A DNA stretch of 60,501 bases, filler included. It is 5 parts of 5 records of this genome, joined end to end, with 100 filler letters (N's around TTAATTAATTAA, not from the genome) between each part and the next. Parts side by side here need not be neighbours in the genome. Positions count along the whole stretch, not along the records: positions 35,081 to 49,452 come from DRR723986_61469; positions 49,553 to 55,254 come from DRR723986_61789; 3 more parts are not named here. One strand, written 5' to 3'. This document shows, piece after piece, positions 40,882-51,970 of this stretch; the first letter of the stretch is position 1; every line of letters starts with the position of its first letter. A program made the translations under genes and the position numbers. The notes under the pieces were generated by a model. It did not search any database. It was not told where the DNA came from and saw nothing but the letters and a program-made list of their open reading frames with translations.

Positions 40882-42417
40882 ATGGACGAGAAAAAAGTCA
40901 ATACACCTAAACGATCTTTAATTAAGCAATCTGTGCAAGCGATTGGAGAAATGGGTAAACTCCCTCCCCAAGCGGTTGAAGTAGAAGAAGCAGTTCTAGG
41001 AGCTATGCTACTTGAAAGAAGTGCGGTGAATGACGCTATTGACATCCTTCATGCTGAGAGTTTTTATAAAGTTGAACACCAAAAAATATTCGCAGTAATT
41101 CTTGAATTATTCGGAAATTCAGAAAATATCGACATTCTTTCAGTTACTGAAAAATTAAGAAAAAACGGTGAACTTCAATTGGTAGGAGGACCTGGATATA
41201 TCTCGTCTTTAACCAATAGAGTAGCTTCAGCGGCTCACGTTGAATATCACGCACGTATTATATCTGAAAAGTTTATTTTAAGATCTTTAATTGAGGTGTC
41301 ATCTGAAGTTATTAAAAACTCCTATGATGAAACCAAAGATGTTTTCAATGTCTTAAATGAAGCCGAAGATGGACTTTTCAAGATAGCTGAAGGAAATTTG
41401 AAAAAAGGTTACTCTAACGTAAAGGACCTGGTTAAAGAAGCAACGGAAGAAATTGAAGCTGCCTCTAAAAACAAAGATGGAGTTTCTGGAATTCCAACTG
41501 GATTTACTGATTTAGATAGATTAACCTCTGGCTGGCAAAAGTCGGACATGATTGTATTGGCTGCACGTCCAGGAATGGGTAAAACAGCATTTGTATTGTC
41601 AATGGCTAGAAACACTGCTGTTCAATTCGGTCAAGGTGTTGCAATTTTTTCTTTGGAGATGTCAAATGTTCAATTGGTCAAAAGAATGATGGCCATGGAA
41701 ACCGGTATCTCTTCTGAAAAATTTAGAAAAGGATTCACGGACGAAGCCGATTGGGAAAAACTGCACAGTAAAATTAGTGGACTAGCTGACGCGCCTATCT
41801 ATATTGACGACACCCCTGCTCTATCCATATTTGAGTTAAGAGCAAAGTGTCGAAGAATGAAGATGCAACATGACATTCAGTGTGTAATTATTGATTATTT
41901 GCAGCTGATGACAGCTGGAATGAAAGGCGGAAATCGTGAACAAGAAATCTCAACCATCTCGCGGTCTATTAAAGAAATTGCAAAAGAATTAAATGTTCCA
42001 ATGATTGCATTATCGCAACTTTCTCGATCTGTTGAAACACGTGGTGGTGACAAACGACCAATGTTATCAGATTTACGTGAATCCGGAGCGATTGAACAGG
42101 ATGCTGATATGGTTTGTTTCATTTACCGTCCGGAGTATTACGGATTAACTGAAGATGAAAACGGCATGCCTACTGACGGAGTTGGCGAGATTATTGTTGC
42201 TAAGCATAGAAATGGATCATTAGACACCATTCGGTTGAAGTTTGTCAAAGAACTAACACGATTTGACAATCTGGACGCCTTTGACTCTATGGATTATGGA
42301 AGTGGTTTTTCACCTAACAAAGAGTTTGAAAGTAGCACTGACACCATTACCTTAGGTAGTAAAATGAATGATGATGACGATCTGCTAAACAATTTAGATG
42401 ACGAAGTTCCTTTCTAA
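40882..42417 (+). CDS. dnaB: Replicative DNA helicase
   Basis: PPQA...EEAVLGA, Walker A AARPGMGKT, FSLEM, IIDYLQLM, SQLSR, DLRESGAIEQDAD, KHRNG. Confidence 0.98.
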   Translation: MDEKKVNTPKRSLIKQSVQAIGEMGKLPPQAVEVEEAVLGAMLLERSAVNDAIDILHAESFYKVEHQKIFAVILELFGNSENIDILSVTEKLRKNGELQLVGGPGYISSLTNRVASAAHVEYHARIISEKFILRSLIEVSSEVIKNSYDETKDVFNVLNEAEDGLFKIAEGNLKKGYSNVKDLVKEATEEIEAASKNKDGVSGIPTGFTDLDRLTSGWQKSDMIVLAARPGMGKTAFVLSMARNTAVQFGQGVAIFSLEMSNVQLVKRMMAMETGISSEKFRKGFTDEADWEKLHSKISGLADAPIYIDDTPALSIFELRAKCRRMKMQHDIQCVIIDYLQLMTAGMKGGNREQEISTISRSIKEIAKELNVPMIALSQLSRSVETRGGDKRPMLSDLRESGAIEQDADMVCFIYRPEYYGLTEDENGMPTDGVGEIIVAKHRNGSLDTIRLKFVKELTRFDNLDAFDSMDYGSGFSPNKEFESSTDTITLGSKMNDDDDLLNNLDDEVPF

Positions 42418-43663
42418 AATACTGCTTTTGCTCGCTTTGATTTCACCTATTAAATCAAATGCTTCAACGATTCTGGTACCAATGGATGAAACGCAAGTCA
42501 ATCATTTAAAGGCATATGGCGTAGCTTTTTGGGTGCTTGAAAATAAAGTGGTAATGGAATGGCTTTTGAATTACAGAGGCGGGAGCTTTCTTTTTCCACA
42601 TAACCAACTGATTGAAGAAGAACTGATTATTAAAGGAGTATCCTATGCAGTGGTACCCGATCAAAAAATCCAACAAATCAAATCACAAATTGCTGACCCT
42701 GAAGTGAACATGGAAGTTGTTCAGTTAGAGACAGCTCCAAAAATCGCGGTCTATACGCCGAAAGGAAAACAGCCTTGGGATGATGCTGTGACCATGGTGC
42801 TGACTTATGCAGAAATCCCTTATGATGAAATATATGACTCGTCTATCGTCACTGGCGTGCTACCTGAATACGACTGGTTACACCTGCATCATGAAGATTT
42901 CACAGGTCAATATGGTAAATTCTATCGTAATTATCATACCCAATCTTGGTATCAAAAACAAGTCAAAGACAACGAACAAATGGCTGCAACTTTAGGATTT
43001 GATAAGGTTTCTGAGCTGAAAAGAAATGTCTCAGTTAGAATTAAGGAATTCGTTGCTGGAGGTGGATTCTTGTTTACTATGTGTAGCGGAACCGACAGCT
43101 ATGACATTGCACTAAGCGCTCAGAATACAGACATATGCGAGCACATGTACGACCATGATCCAAGCGAACCAAACTATCAAAGTAAAATTGACTATAATCA
43201 AACACTTGCGTTTAGAGATTTCACCATAGTGAAGGACCCTATGGAGTATGAATACTCAGATATAGATGGCACTAAAGATCACAGGATTCCTGAAAGCCAA
43301 GACAAGTTTTTCTTATTTGAATTCTCTGCTAAATGGGATGTAGTTCCTACAATGCTTTGCCAAAACCACACCATGGAAATTGATGGATTCATGGGGCAAA
43401 CAACAGACTTTAGACTTGAATTTATTAAACCGGATGTCTTGATAATGGGTCAAAATAAAGCGCTCGGAACTGCACGATACATACATGGAGAATTTGGCGA
43501 AGGGACATGGACTTTTTATGGTGGACATGATCCCGAAGATTACAAACACTTTGTCGGAGATCCACCAACAGATTTAAATTTACACCCTAATTCTCCTGGA
43601 TACAGATTAATTCTTAATAACATTCTTTTTCCAGCAGCAAAAAAGAAAAAAAGAAAAACTTAG
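42398..43663 (+). CDS. Conserved exported protein with class I glutamine-amidotransferase-like motifs (family I recall often being labelled 'asparagine synthetase B')
   Basis: Signal peptide; HLKAYG, WLLNYRGGSF, HLHHEDFTGQ, GGFLFTMCSG, GGHDPED; overlaps dnaB by 20 nt. Confidence 0.75.
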   Translation: MTKFLSKILLLLALISPIKSNASTILVPMDETQVNHLKAYGVAFWVLENKVVMEWLLNYRGGSFLFPHNQLIEEELIIKGVSYAVVPDQKIQQIKSQIADPEVNMEVVQLETAPKIAVYTPKGKQPWDDAVTMVLTYAEIPYDEIYDSSIVTGVLPEYDWLHLHHEDFTGQYGKFYRNYHTQSWYQKQVKDNEQMAATLGFDKVSELKRNVSVRIKEFVAGGGFLFTMCSGTDSYDIALSAQNTDICEHMYDHDPSEPNYQSKIDYNQTLAFRDFTIVKDPMEYEYSDIDGTKDHRIPESQDKFFLFEFSAKWDVVPTMLCQNHTMEIDGFMGQTTDFRLEFIKPDVLIMGQNKALGTARYIHGEFGEGTWTFYGGHDPEDYKHFVGDPPTDLNLHPNSPGYRLILNNILFPAAKKKKRKT

Positions 43664-43681
43664 CTTCTTACGAATCCCCTA

Positions 43682-45985
43682 ATGAAAAATTACTACTTAA
43701 ACTCTACTCTACTATTATTTTCTCTATTTCTTTTCATTAATCCTACGGTTAATGCACAGAATGTTGGATGGAATAACATGAGAGCCAACGGACAAATGAA
43801 AAAAGGAAATGCTGCAAAAGCAATTTATTTTTTCAATAAATCTTTGTCAAAAGACAGTACTAACTACAAGGCAAATATTGGATTAGGTAAAACCTATCTG
43901 TATTCTTACCAGCTGTATGATTCATCTACCATTTATCTAGAGCGCGGTTTAAGGCATCAAACTAAAGACACAAACTATATAAATTATTATGACCTTGCGA
44001 ATTCTTTACGACTTTCTCACAGGCCAAATGAAGCTATTCAATTCTACGAATTATTCAAACAAAATTACGTTGAAGCAAAGAAATTGGATAATAAAGAGTT
44101 GAATGATGAAATTGAGAAGAACATCACATATTGTAGAAACTCTGCGGTCAAATTAGCTAATCCTCAAACCGAAATCACAGTCCAAAACATGGACTTTTAC
44201 ATCAATTCAAGAGAGAGTGAATACACACCTGTCTATGTTGAATCTGATAGCTCTTTGATGTATAATGCTCGATACAAAGACTTGAAGAACGAGAAACAAT
44301 TTGCAGATTATCAATACATGGAAAATGTCTACTACTTTGATTTAGAAGAGTTAAGCGCAGCCACTTTTGATGAATCGGTAAAACAGGCTAGTCACAGAGC
44401 CGTTGTTGGGAAAAACTTCGGTTCAGACACAATTATGCTGTTTTATCAAAATAAGTTATGGATAGGATCAACTTTTGAAAAACGATTGAACGAACAAAAA
44501 CCATTGCCTGAAAACCTATCAAATTTTTACTTTCAACCTCATGGAGTTTTTACAAGAGATAATGAGAGCTTTTATTTTTCAGCCATGAAAACTGAAGAAG
44601 ACAATCTAGACATCTACGAAAGTCATAAAAATGAGGATGGTACATGGAGTGATCCAGTAAAAGTGAAAGGACAAATCAACACTGAATTCAGAGAAGACAG
44701 TCCTTTTTTAACAGCTGATGGGCAAACCATGTACTTTTCATCAAAAGGTCATAATTCATCAGGAGGATACGATATTTATAAAAGTCAATTAATAGATGGG
44801 GAATGGACTAAGCCCGAATCACTCCCGTATCCGATTAATTCAGCCGGAGATGATATTTATTACACTTTAGATGAATCAGAAAAATTTGGCTACCTATCTT
44901 CAAATAGAGTTGGAGGATTTGGTTTAATGGACATTTATACGGTTTTATTAACACCTGTACCTACGTTTGATTGTCCTCAATTTGAAAACCCTGAACTATT
45001 AGTTCATTTAGACATTTCTGAAAGTGTAGACACTTCTTCAGTAGATGTAATTTACACTTGGCATTTTGAAGACGGCACCAAAGTTATTGGTTTAGAACAA
45101 GAAAAACTCTTTCATTCTCCCGGGACACACAAAATTAAAATCGACATTACTGATATAAAAGGCGGTCAAACAGAACTTGCTGAAATCATTGAAGAAGTTG
45201 TTATTGACAGTGTTGATTATATTGGCTTTAAGAACAACAAAAATTATATTTTAGGCGACACCGCTCATCTTGATGCTTCAGTAAGCTACCTTGAAGGTGT
45301 CTCATTCACGAATTATTTTTGGGCCATAGACGATTCAATATTAAGCATTGATCAAACCACCCTCGACATTCCACTTACCAAGACTGGAGAGGTTGTAGTT
45401 TCGCTTCAAGTTTATGGTAAACAAGGAATCGATCAAGTTTCGTTCTGTAGAACTGATACTTTGTTTGTTCGCGACATTAATGTATCTGATTCAACTAACG
45501 GATCTTCGGATACTACATTGGTTGTCAACAATAACAACAATGGGAATAATTCAAACTCAGACTCCACAGCGTTCATCAATTCCGACTCATTAAATGTATT
45601 AATTGATAACAATACGGTTATTGAAAATTCAGATATTAAACCAATTTACTTTGCATTTGACAAAGCTGATCTGTCATCTAAATCAGTAGCAGAATTAGAT
45701 AAAATTGTGAGCTATTTAAGTAAATATCCGTCCGTAAAACTAATCATATCGGGACACACTGACGCCATGGGAAGTGAAGAGTACAACAAGCTTCTTTCGC
45801 AAAAACGAATCCATTCAACTATTGCTTATTTAAATTCAAGAGGTATAAACTCAAGCAGAATAGTCAAAACAATCAGCCATGGAGAAAGTAAACCGGCAAT
45901 GCCAAATACTAAACCGGATGGTTCAGATAATTTCAACGGACGTAAATTAAACAGAAGGGTAGAATTTACCGTTATTAAAAAGTAA
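43682..45985 (+). CDS. TPR-PD40-PKD-OmpA domain periplasmic protein (PorE-like architecture)
   Basis: Signal peptide, TPRs, PD40 (EDSPFLTADGQTMYFSS), PKD-like (YTWHFEDG), OmpA C-domain (IYFAFDK, GHTD, LSQKR, NRRVEF). Confidence 0.9.
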   Translation: MKNYYLNSTLLLFSLFLFINPTVNAQNVGWNNMRANGQMKKGNAAKAIYFFNKSLSKDSTNYKANIGLGKTYLYSYQLYDSSTIYLERGLRHQTKDTNYINYYDLANSLRLSHRPNEAIQFYELFKQNYVEAKKLDNKELNDEIEKNITYCRNSAVKLANPQTEITVQNMDFYINSRESEYTPVYVESDSSLMYNARYKDLKNEKQFADYQYMENVYYFDLEELSAATFDESVKQASHRAVVGKNFGSDTIMLFYQNKLWIGSTFEKRLNEQKPLPENLSNFYFQPHGVFTRDNESFYFSAMKTEEDNLDIYESHKNEDGTWSDPVKVKGQINTEFREDSPFLTADGQTMYFSSKGHNSSGGYDIYKSQLIDGEWTKPESLPYPINSAGDDIYYTLDESEKFGYLSSNRVGGFGLMDIYTVLLTPVPTFDCPQFENPELLVHLDISESVDTSSVDVIYTWHFEDGTKVIGLEQEKLFHSPGTHKIKIDITDIKGGQTELAEIIEEVVIDSVDYIGFKNNKNYILGDTAHLDASVSYLEGVSFTNYFWAIDDSILSIDQTTLDIPLTKTGEVVVSLQVYGKQGIDQVSFCRTDTLFVRDINVSDSTNGSSDTTLVVNNNNNGNNSNSDSTAFINSDSLNVLIDNNTVIENSDIKPIYFAFDKADLSSKSVAELDKIVSYLSKYPSVKLIISGHTDAMGSEEYNKLLSQKRIHSTIAYLNSRGINSSRIVKTISHGESKPAMPNTKPDGSDNFNGRKLNRRVEFTVIKK

Positions 45986-45988
45986 GCT

Positions 45989-46942
45989 ATGAAAACAATT
46001 CTTGTCGCAACACTTTGTTTATTTGGCTTAATCAGCACGAGTCAAATCGTACCATCTTCCTACGAGAATATCGAATTTTTGATGACTTTCGGAAAAGGCG
46101 CGGATGCTAAATGGGGAGATGACGATCACGTTCAAACCCACTTTTTTGTCATTCCTAAATCGGAAACCTCCCCGGTTTATATTAGAATTTTCGATCCAGG
46201 TACAGGAGGGAAATTCGACACAAAAAACGGCAATTTTAATACTTCTTGCTCATTCACTTTATACGCTGGAAACGGGGTGCATTCTCAAAAAGCATCACGT
46301 CAAATAAATCCTGCGGCTGGCTATGATAAAGGAAAAGTAGTATACTCCAAAACTTTTGGAAATTCAACTGATCTGGATGGTAAATGGGTTAGCTTTGGCC
46401 CCATCAATCCCTCCGAAGGTGAATACTCTTCAGAATTTGGTGGTTATATTTTCAAAATGATTTGCAAAGGTTTAAATGGTGATGACGGAAACGCTTATAA
46501 ATATGCTTTGAGTTACAGCAAAACTGAAAACCTTTTTGTTGAGAACGGAAATATTTTCACATATGAAATGAGTTTCAAACTAAAAAAGGACCTCAATGCT
46601 ACGGCTCATGTATATCCATTTATCAAAGAAAATATAGTTTCAATTACACAATGGAACTTTGATGCTGATGCAGATCTTGAAATGAGAATCACTTCAATTG
46701 CTCGTAAACTCGTTCCTGCTGCGGCTAGCTTAGACGGCAAATGGAGTTCTACAAAATTCATGATAAAACCAAAAGAAGTAAACACTTCTGTTGATATCCA
46801 AATGATTAAACAATCAGCCTCTGAAAATGACATGGTGATCTATATCCTGAATCAGTTTAATGAAGCCATGCCTCTATTTTCAGTGCCTATTGGAGGAAAG
46901 CCGAAATACAAGTATGAAGTAAAAGTTAAAACACGGTTTTAA
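45989..46942 (+). CDS. Hypothetical exported protein
   Basis: Signal peptide, beta-rich 317-aa ORF tightly coupled to both neighbours; WGDDDH and IRIFDP motifs. Confidence 0.75.
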   Translation: MKTILVATLCLFGLISTSQIVPSSYENIEFLMTFGKGADAKWGDDDHVQTHFFVIPKSETSPVYIRIFDPGTGGKFDTKNGNFNTSCSFTLYAGNGVHSQKASRQINPAAGYDKGKVVYSKTFGNSTDLDGKWVSFGPINPSEGEYSSEFGGYIFKMICKGLNGDDGNAYKYALSYSKTENLFVENGNIFTYEMSFKLKKDLNATAHVYPFIKENIVSITQWNFDADADLEMRITSIARKLVPAAASLDGKWSSTKFMIKPKEVNTSVDIQMIKQSASENDMVIYILNQFNEAMPLFSVPIGGKPKYKYEVKVKTRF

Positions 46943-49452
46943 TGAGGATTACTTTTGCCCTCCTCTTGTTAACTAGTCTAAGCGGAATTGCACAGCAATA
47001 CAACTTTAAGCATTTCAATGAAATAGAGCTGAAGTCTGACTTTTTCTATGACATTGATCAAAACAGTCACGGTGAACTATATATAGCATCATCAAAAGGA
47101 CTGCTTATTTATAATGGAATAGGATTTCAACAATTAACCGACCGCGATTCTTTGATAGACGAATTCATATCAAACATCTATATTGATCGTAAAGATCACG
47201 TTTGGATAGCCTATTACAAAGGTGGTCTTTCGAAAATTGAAAACGGTACAATATCTCATTATTGCAGCGACTGTTATGTCGAAGAGATTTTTGAATTAAG
47301 CGAGCACGAAACGATATTCACCACTGACCAAAACGCTTTTAAAATAGTGGGTAATAAAATGGCACCGATATCGGAGTATCAAAATTTAAAAACGGTTCAA
47401 AATCTACCTGAAAACAAACAAATTCATTTGACCAAAGACAATCGACTGTTATTCATTGATGATCCCAACACTTCGCAACTCATTTTAGATAGTGTGGATT
47501 TATTTTCTTGCGCTAATAACAATTACCCATTAACTGTCAAAAGAAAAAACATATTATTCGTTTACAATGAAGGTGTGCAAGGGTTACCCAAATTAGAAAT
47601 GACTATGACGGTTGAAGAATTGGGAATCCATTCTGACATCACCACAATTCTGATGAGAAGCAAAAAAGTAGTCATTGGCACAGAGTCTGAAGGACTGTAT
47701 GAAATTTATTTGAACCCAGGATATCAATCTTATTCTATTCAACATTTTTCGAAAAAAAACGGTTTGGGTATTGAAAAAGTAAACTGTCTTTTTGTTGATA
47801 ATGAACGCAATCTTTGGGTTGGGTCTTACGGAGATGGGATAACAGTTCTCCCCAAAAAAAGAACCTCCATTCACGCCTTAACGAATGATAATAGAAAAAA
47901 CAAAATATTGGACATTGAATACCACCGTGGTGAACTTTACATAGCTTCAGAAAACAGTCTAAGATTCATGAAAAAAGATGCAGACAATCGTAAATTCCAA
48001 TTATTTGAAAATAGAACTATAACTGATTTGCATTCTTACGGTGATACGTTATGGATAGGCACATCTATGGGTTTATACTTTATGAATGAAAAGGGTATCC
48101 AAAAGTTTAAATTCGAGAGCTTAAGAGAAAAACCAGGATATATAAATAAAATACAGAGTCATGACGGCTCGGTATACCTAGGAACAAATACCGGACTTTT
48201 CATTCACAACCTTAAAACAAATGAATCATTGAAAATCACAACGAATGATGGCCTGGCTCATAACGTTGTCGAAAACTTCATTATTGACGACTCACGAACT
48301 TTTTGGTTTGATTCACCGAACAGCCCATTTTACTCCTATCAAAATGGAGAATTTGAATATTATAAAAACGTAGACGGATTTGAAAGCTTTAACATTACGG
48401 ATATCAGACAAGTTGCAAACGGTGAAATTTGGTTCGGGACAGCTGGGGATGGGATTTTCGTCTATAATGATGGAAACTTCAAGCAAATTTCATCTGATCA
48501 AAAGCTATTTGATAATTACATCTATTTTTTAGAAGAATCAAGAGATGGTAAAGTTATAGCTGGTCATAAATCCGGTATTTCAGTAATTCAAAATAATAAA
48601 GATCAAGTTTCAATAACAGATTTAGGTGTAATCAATGACCTTGAATATATTATTCAGAACTCTTCTTATTTATCGGCCAGTGACTATTTATGGGTCGGCA
48701 CATCATATGGTGCAGCAAGAATTCCTAGAATTTCTGAATTTGACAAAAAATTCATCCCGCCGTTATCCATCAACTCTGTTTCCATCAATCAAATCGATTA
48801 TTCAGCAGACAGTATAATCAGTTTACCTTATGACAATTATTACGTAGAAATCAATTTTGGAGCAGTATACCTGTCAAATGCTTCATCAATTAAATACAAA
48901 TATATCTTAGAGGGATTTGATAAAGATTGGTCTACCATAGGTTACAATGAAAATGTTGCTCGATACCAGTCTTTGCTAGACGGCGAGTACACATTTAGAG
49001 TAAAACTAATTCTTGACAACCGCGAATTAGACAACGAACAAGTATTCTCTTTCACTGTTGAAAAACCATACTGGAAAAAAACGAGCTTTTATATCTGGAT
49101 GGGTGTGCTAGTAATCGTTCTTTTCTTTATCTCATTATGGATTGCTAATAGAAGAAACCGTAGAATCCGTGTCAAACTGACAAAGGAAGTAAAAGAAAGA
49201 ACGACCGACTTAGTAAAGAAGAATTCCGAAATCACTTCAATCAATCATGAATTGGAAGCAATTTCAGAGCAATATTTACAAGCTAAAAACACTGCTGAAT
49301 ATAAAGCAGGACAAATAGAAGAAAGTATTACCTACGCAAAGCATATTCAAAAAGCCCTTCTTCGTAAAAAAGAATATGTGGAATGGATGTCTGCGTTTTC
49401 TGAGTTCTTTTTAATATTTAAACCGAAAGATGTTGTAAGCGGAGATTTTTAT
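46942..49452 (+). CDS. Beta-propeller/Y_Y_Y membrane sensor with SpoIIE/PP2C domain, 3'-partial
   Basis: Reg_prop repeats (LWVGSYGDG, IWFGTAGDG), YKYILEGFD..W Y_Y_Y domain, TM, coiled coil; ends at KPKDVVSGDFY. Confidence 0.88.
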
Positions 49453-49552
49453 NNNNNNNNNNNNNNNNNNNNNNNNNNNNNNNNNNNNNNNNNNNNTTAA
49501 TTAATTAANNNNNNNNNNNNNNNNNNNNNNNNNNNNNNNNNNNNNNNNNNNN
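49453..49552. other. Artificial contig spacer
   Basis: N44-TTAATTAATTAA-N44. Confidence 0.98.
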
Positions 49553-51814
49553 ATCGCCGGCATCCAGGTTCGTATATGTAGCCTGGCGTGCACTGCCGGC
49601 ATCAACCCATTCGCGGTCCCAGCCTTCCAACTTCCAGGCATAGCGATTGCGGCCAGGATTAACAAAGTCGAGCGCCACACATTCCAGTGAAAAGACCGAC
49701 TCACGCCACGAAAACTGAATTCGATCCAGTTCCCCAACAACAGCCGGCAGATTAAATCCACCCTGCCCTTCAGGAAAAACCGGTACAGACTTGTTAAACA
49801 GTTTTAAGTCACTGAGAATTACCGGTGGAAGATGTTGATTGTCGCGCAATTCATGCGGCCGTACAATGTTAATCCCGCCAGGACCACCAAATGCGAGCGA
49901 ACCATTCAGCAGGCGCGCATGTGCATTTAGATTAAACTCTGAGTTCTGCGCATTGTCATCCATGCCGTATATCCGGCTGCGACCGCTTGACAAATCATAG
50001 TGTATCAGGCCGCTGTTACTCGCTATCCAGAGCTTTTTGTCTTCGTCCTCTTCAATGCTGTACAGCACCCTGCTGGGCAAGTTTAAGCCCAGCGAAACCG
50101 GACGCGGCGCCGTACTCTCGGCGGGATCTGAAATTACGAACAGACCATTTGTGGCCGCCACCCAAATCCTGGCGTCACTGGACTGAAACAGACTCAAAAC
50201 CGTTTGCGGGAAGTTATTACTGCTCTGCGTACCACAGTGTTCAAAGCGGCCGCTAGCCTGATCGAATATCTGCAATCCCTTGGTTGTCCCAACCCAGATT
50301 CGACCATCCTGGTCTTCCAGGAGCGCAAGCACATAATCGCTCGCAATTGTGGCTGGATCATCGGGATTGTGCTTGTTAAACTTTGTGTCTTCGGCGGCGC
50401 CTGTTCGCAGCATCAGACCCGCATGCGCCACTCCCGCCATTAAATCGCCTGCTTTGGTGACGAGCATGCAGACTACCATGCTGTTCACGCTTTGGCTTTC
50501 GACTATTTCGTTCACAAGCGGATCGTAAATGGCGTATCCGCAATCATATCCAAGAATGATACGGCCCAGTTTGTCAACTGCTAAGGACATGATGTCATTT
50601 TGCAGCTCTGTCGTTTCCGACGTCAAACCGTAGCACTTAAATTCACTCTGCACCGGCTCAAGCGAATACAAACCACCAGCGGATCCGATCCACAGTATGC
50701 CCTGGCCATCCACTGCCAGGCTGTTAACATATGCGGATTCGGCGCCCAGGCTTGTTAAAACAAACGAGTCGTACAACTCCAGTGTTTTGCGTTCCAGATG
50801 TGCGACGGCAACTCCGGCACGCGAAGCACACCACAGTGAACCGGCACTGTCAATTAAACAAAACTGCAAGAACTCGTGTGGCAAGCCCTTGGGATCGTCT
50901 GCATGGCTGCGGTATATCTCACATTGTGACGGATCGTCCCCTTTGATTCGCGCCAGCCCCTTGCTGAATGTGATCCAGACGTCACCGCGATAGTCAATCG
51001 CCAAGCCGGCAAAGTGCGCCTTCTCGGCGCACAGCTCAGTGCCGAGAAACTGCTCATCAAGGGTCAGATCATGCAGGTTTAGAATGAACAGTCGTCCATT
51101 AACACTCAAGATCCAGACAGAATTCCTGTCGCGAAACTTCAGGCTTGTAGCCACCTGTTGCTCGGAACCGACCGGGCCCGGCGGGTATTCAAGAGTTTTG
51201 AGTTCCTGGCTTTGTAAGTCGAATAGAAGCAGGCCGCGAACTGAACCGATCAGAATCGCATTCTGCTGTGCAAGCGGCAGCAGCGAATACACCAGACTAA
51301 GTTCAGCAGAAAAAGACAATTTGCGATAGCTCCCCGCCTGAACGTCAACACGCACCAGCCCCTGCCCACAGCCCAGCCAAAGTACACCGTTGGGAAACTC
51401 ACACATCGTCAGAATGTATAACTCGTTCCACTCTGATGCTGAACTTTTGACCGTACCGGCCGCTCTGGTTTCCGGAGTGGCCTCAAAAGGATGAAATTCG
51501 TCGCGCAAGCGATCATAGCGGTTTAGCCCGCGATCATAGGTTCCGGCCCACAATGTTCCGGCCTGATCTTCAAACAGGGAGTGTACGTCTCCACTCGTTA
51601 GACTCCGCGAAGCCTTCTCCGGGCTGTGATTGTAGACTTTGAAGCCAGTGCCGTCGTAGCGATTTAGCCCGTCTTCGGTCCCGATCCAGATATATCCGCG
51701 CCTGTCCTGCAGGAGGCAGATCACACCATTCTGCGAAAGCCCATCCCGCATCGTCAGATGTTCAAAACGCAGGCTCGGTTTGGCACTTTTTGTTTGCACA
51801 GCTGTAGTTTCCAT
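49553..51814 (-). CDS. Two-component regulator propeller / Y_Y_Y sensor protein, 3'-partial
   Basis: FEHLT..DGLSQN, QD..GYIWIGTEDGLNRYDG repeats, YAWKLEGWD.EW, YTNL; output domain is cut off by the spacer. Confidence 0.9.
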
Positions 51815-51970
51815 ACTCCTAATTTCGCAATTGTATAGCGAGTAACAATGGGTACGCTGAATCCGCTAATCGCAGACTACCATGATTCTACGTTGATCGC
51901 AACAATTGGCGCGCTTATATTATGTGCCATACTACCTGCCCGGAATTCCACAAAAAGTGTGGTCCATCTT

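Noticed and set aside
40882-42417. Intein in DnaB
   Set aside because: Length is normal for the phylum, helicase motifs are contiguous, and no splice motifs are seen.
49440-49600. Two propeller sensors appearing to face each other as one system
   Set aside because: They are on different contigs separated by a spacer and differ in composition.
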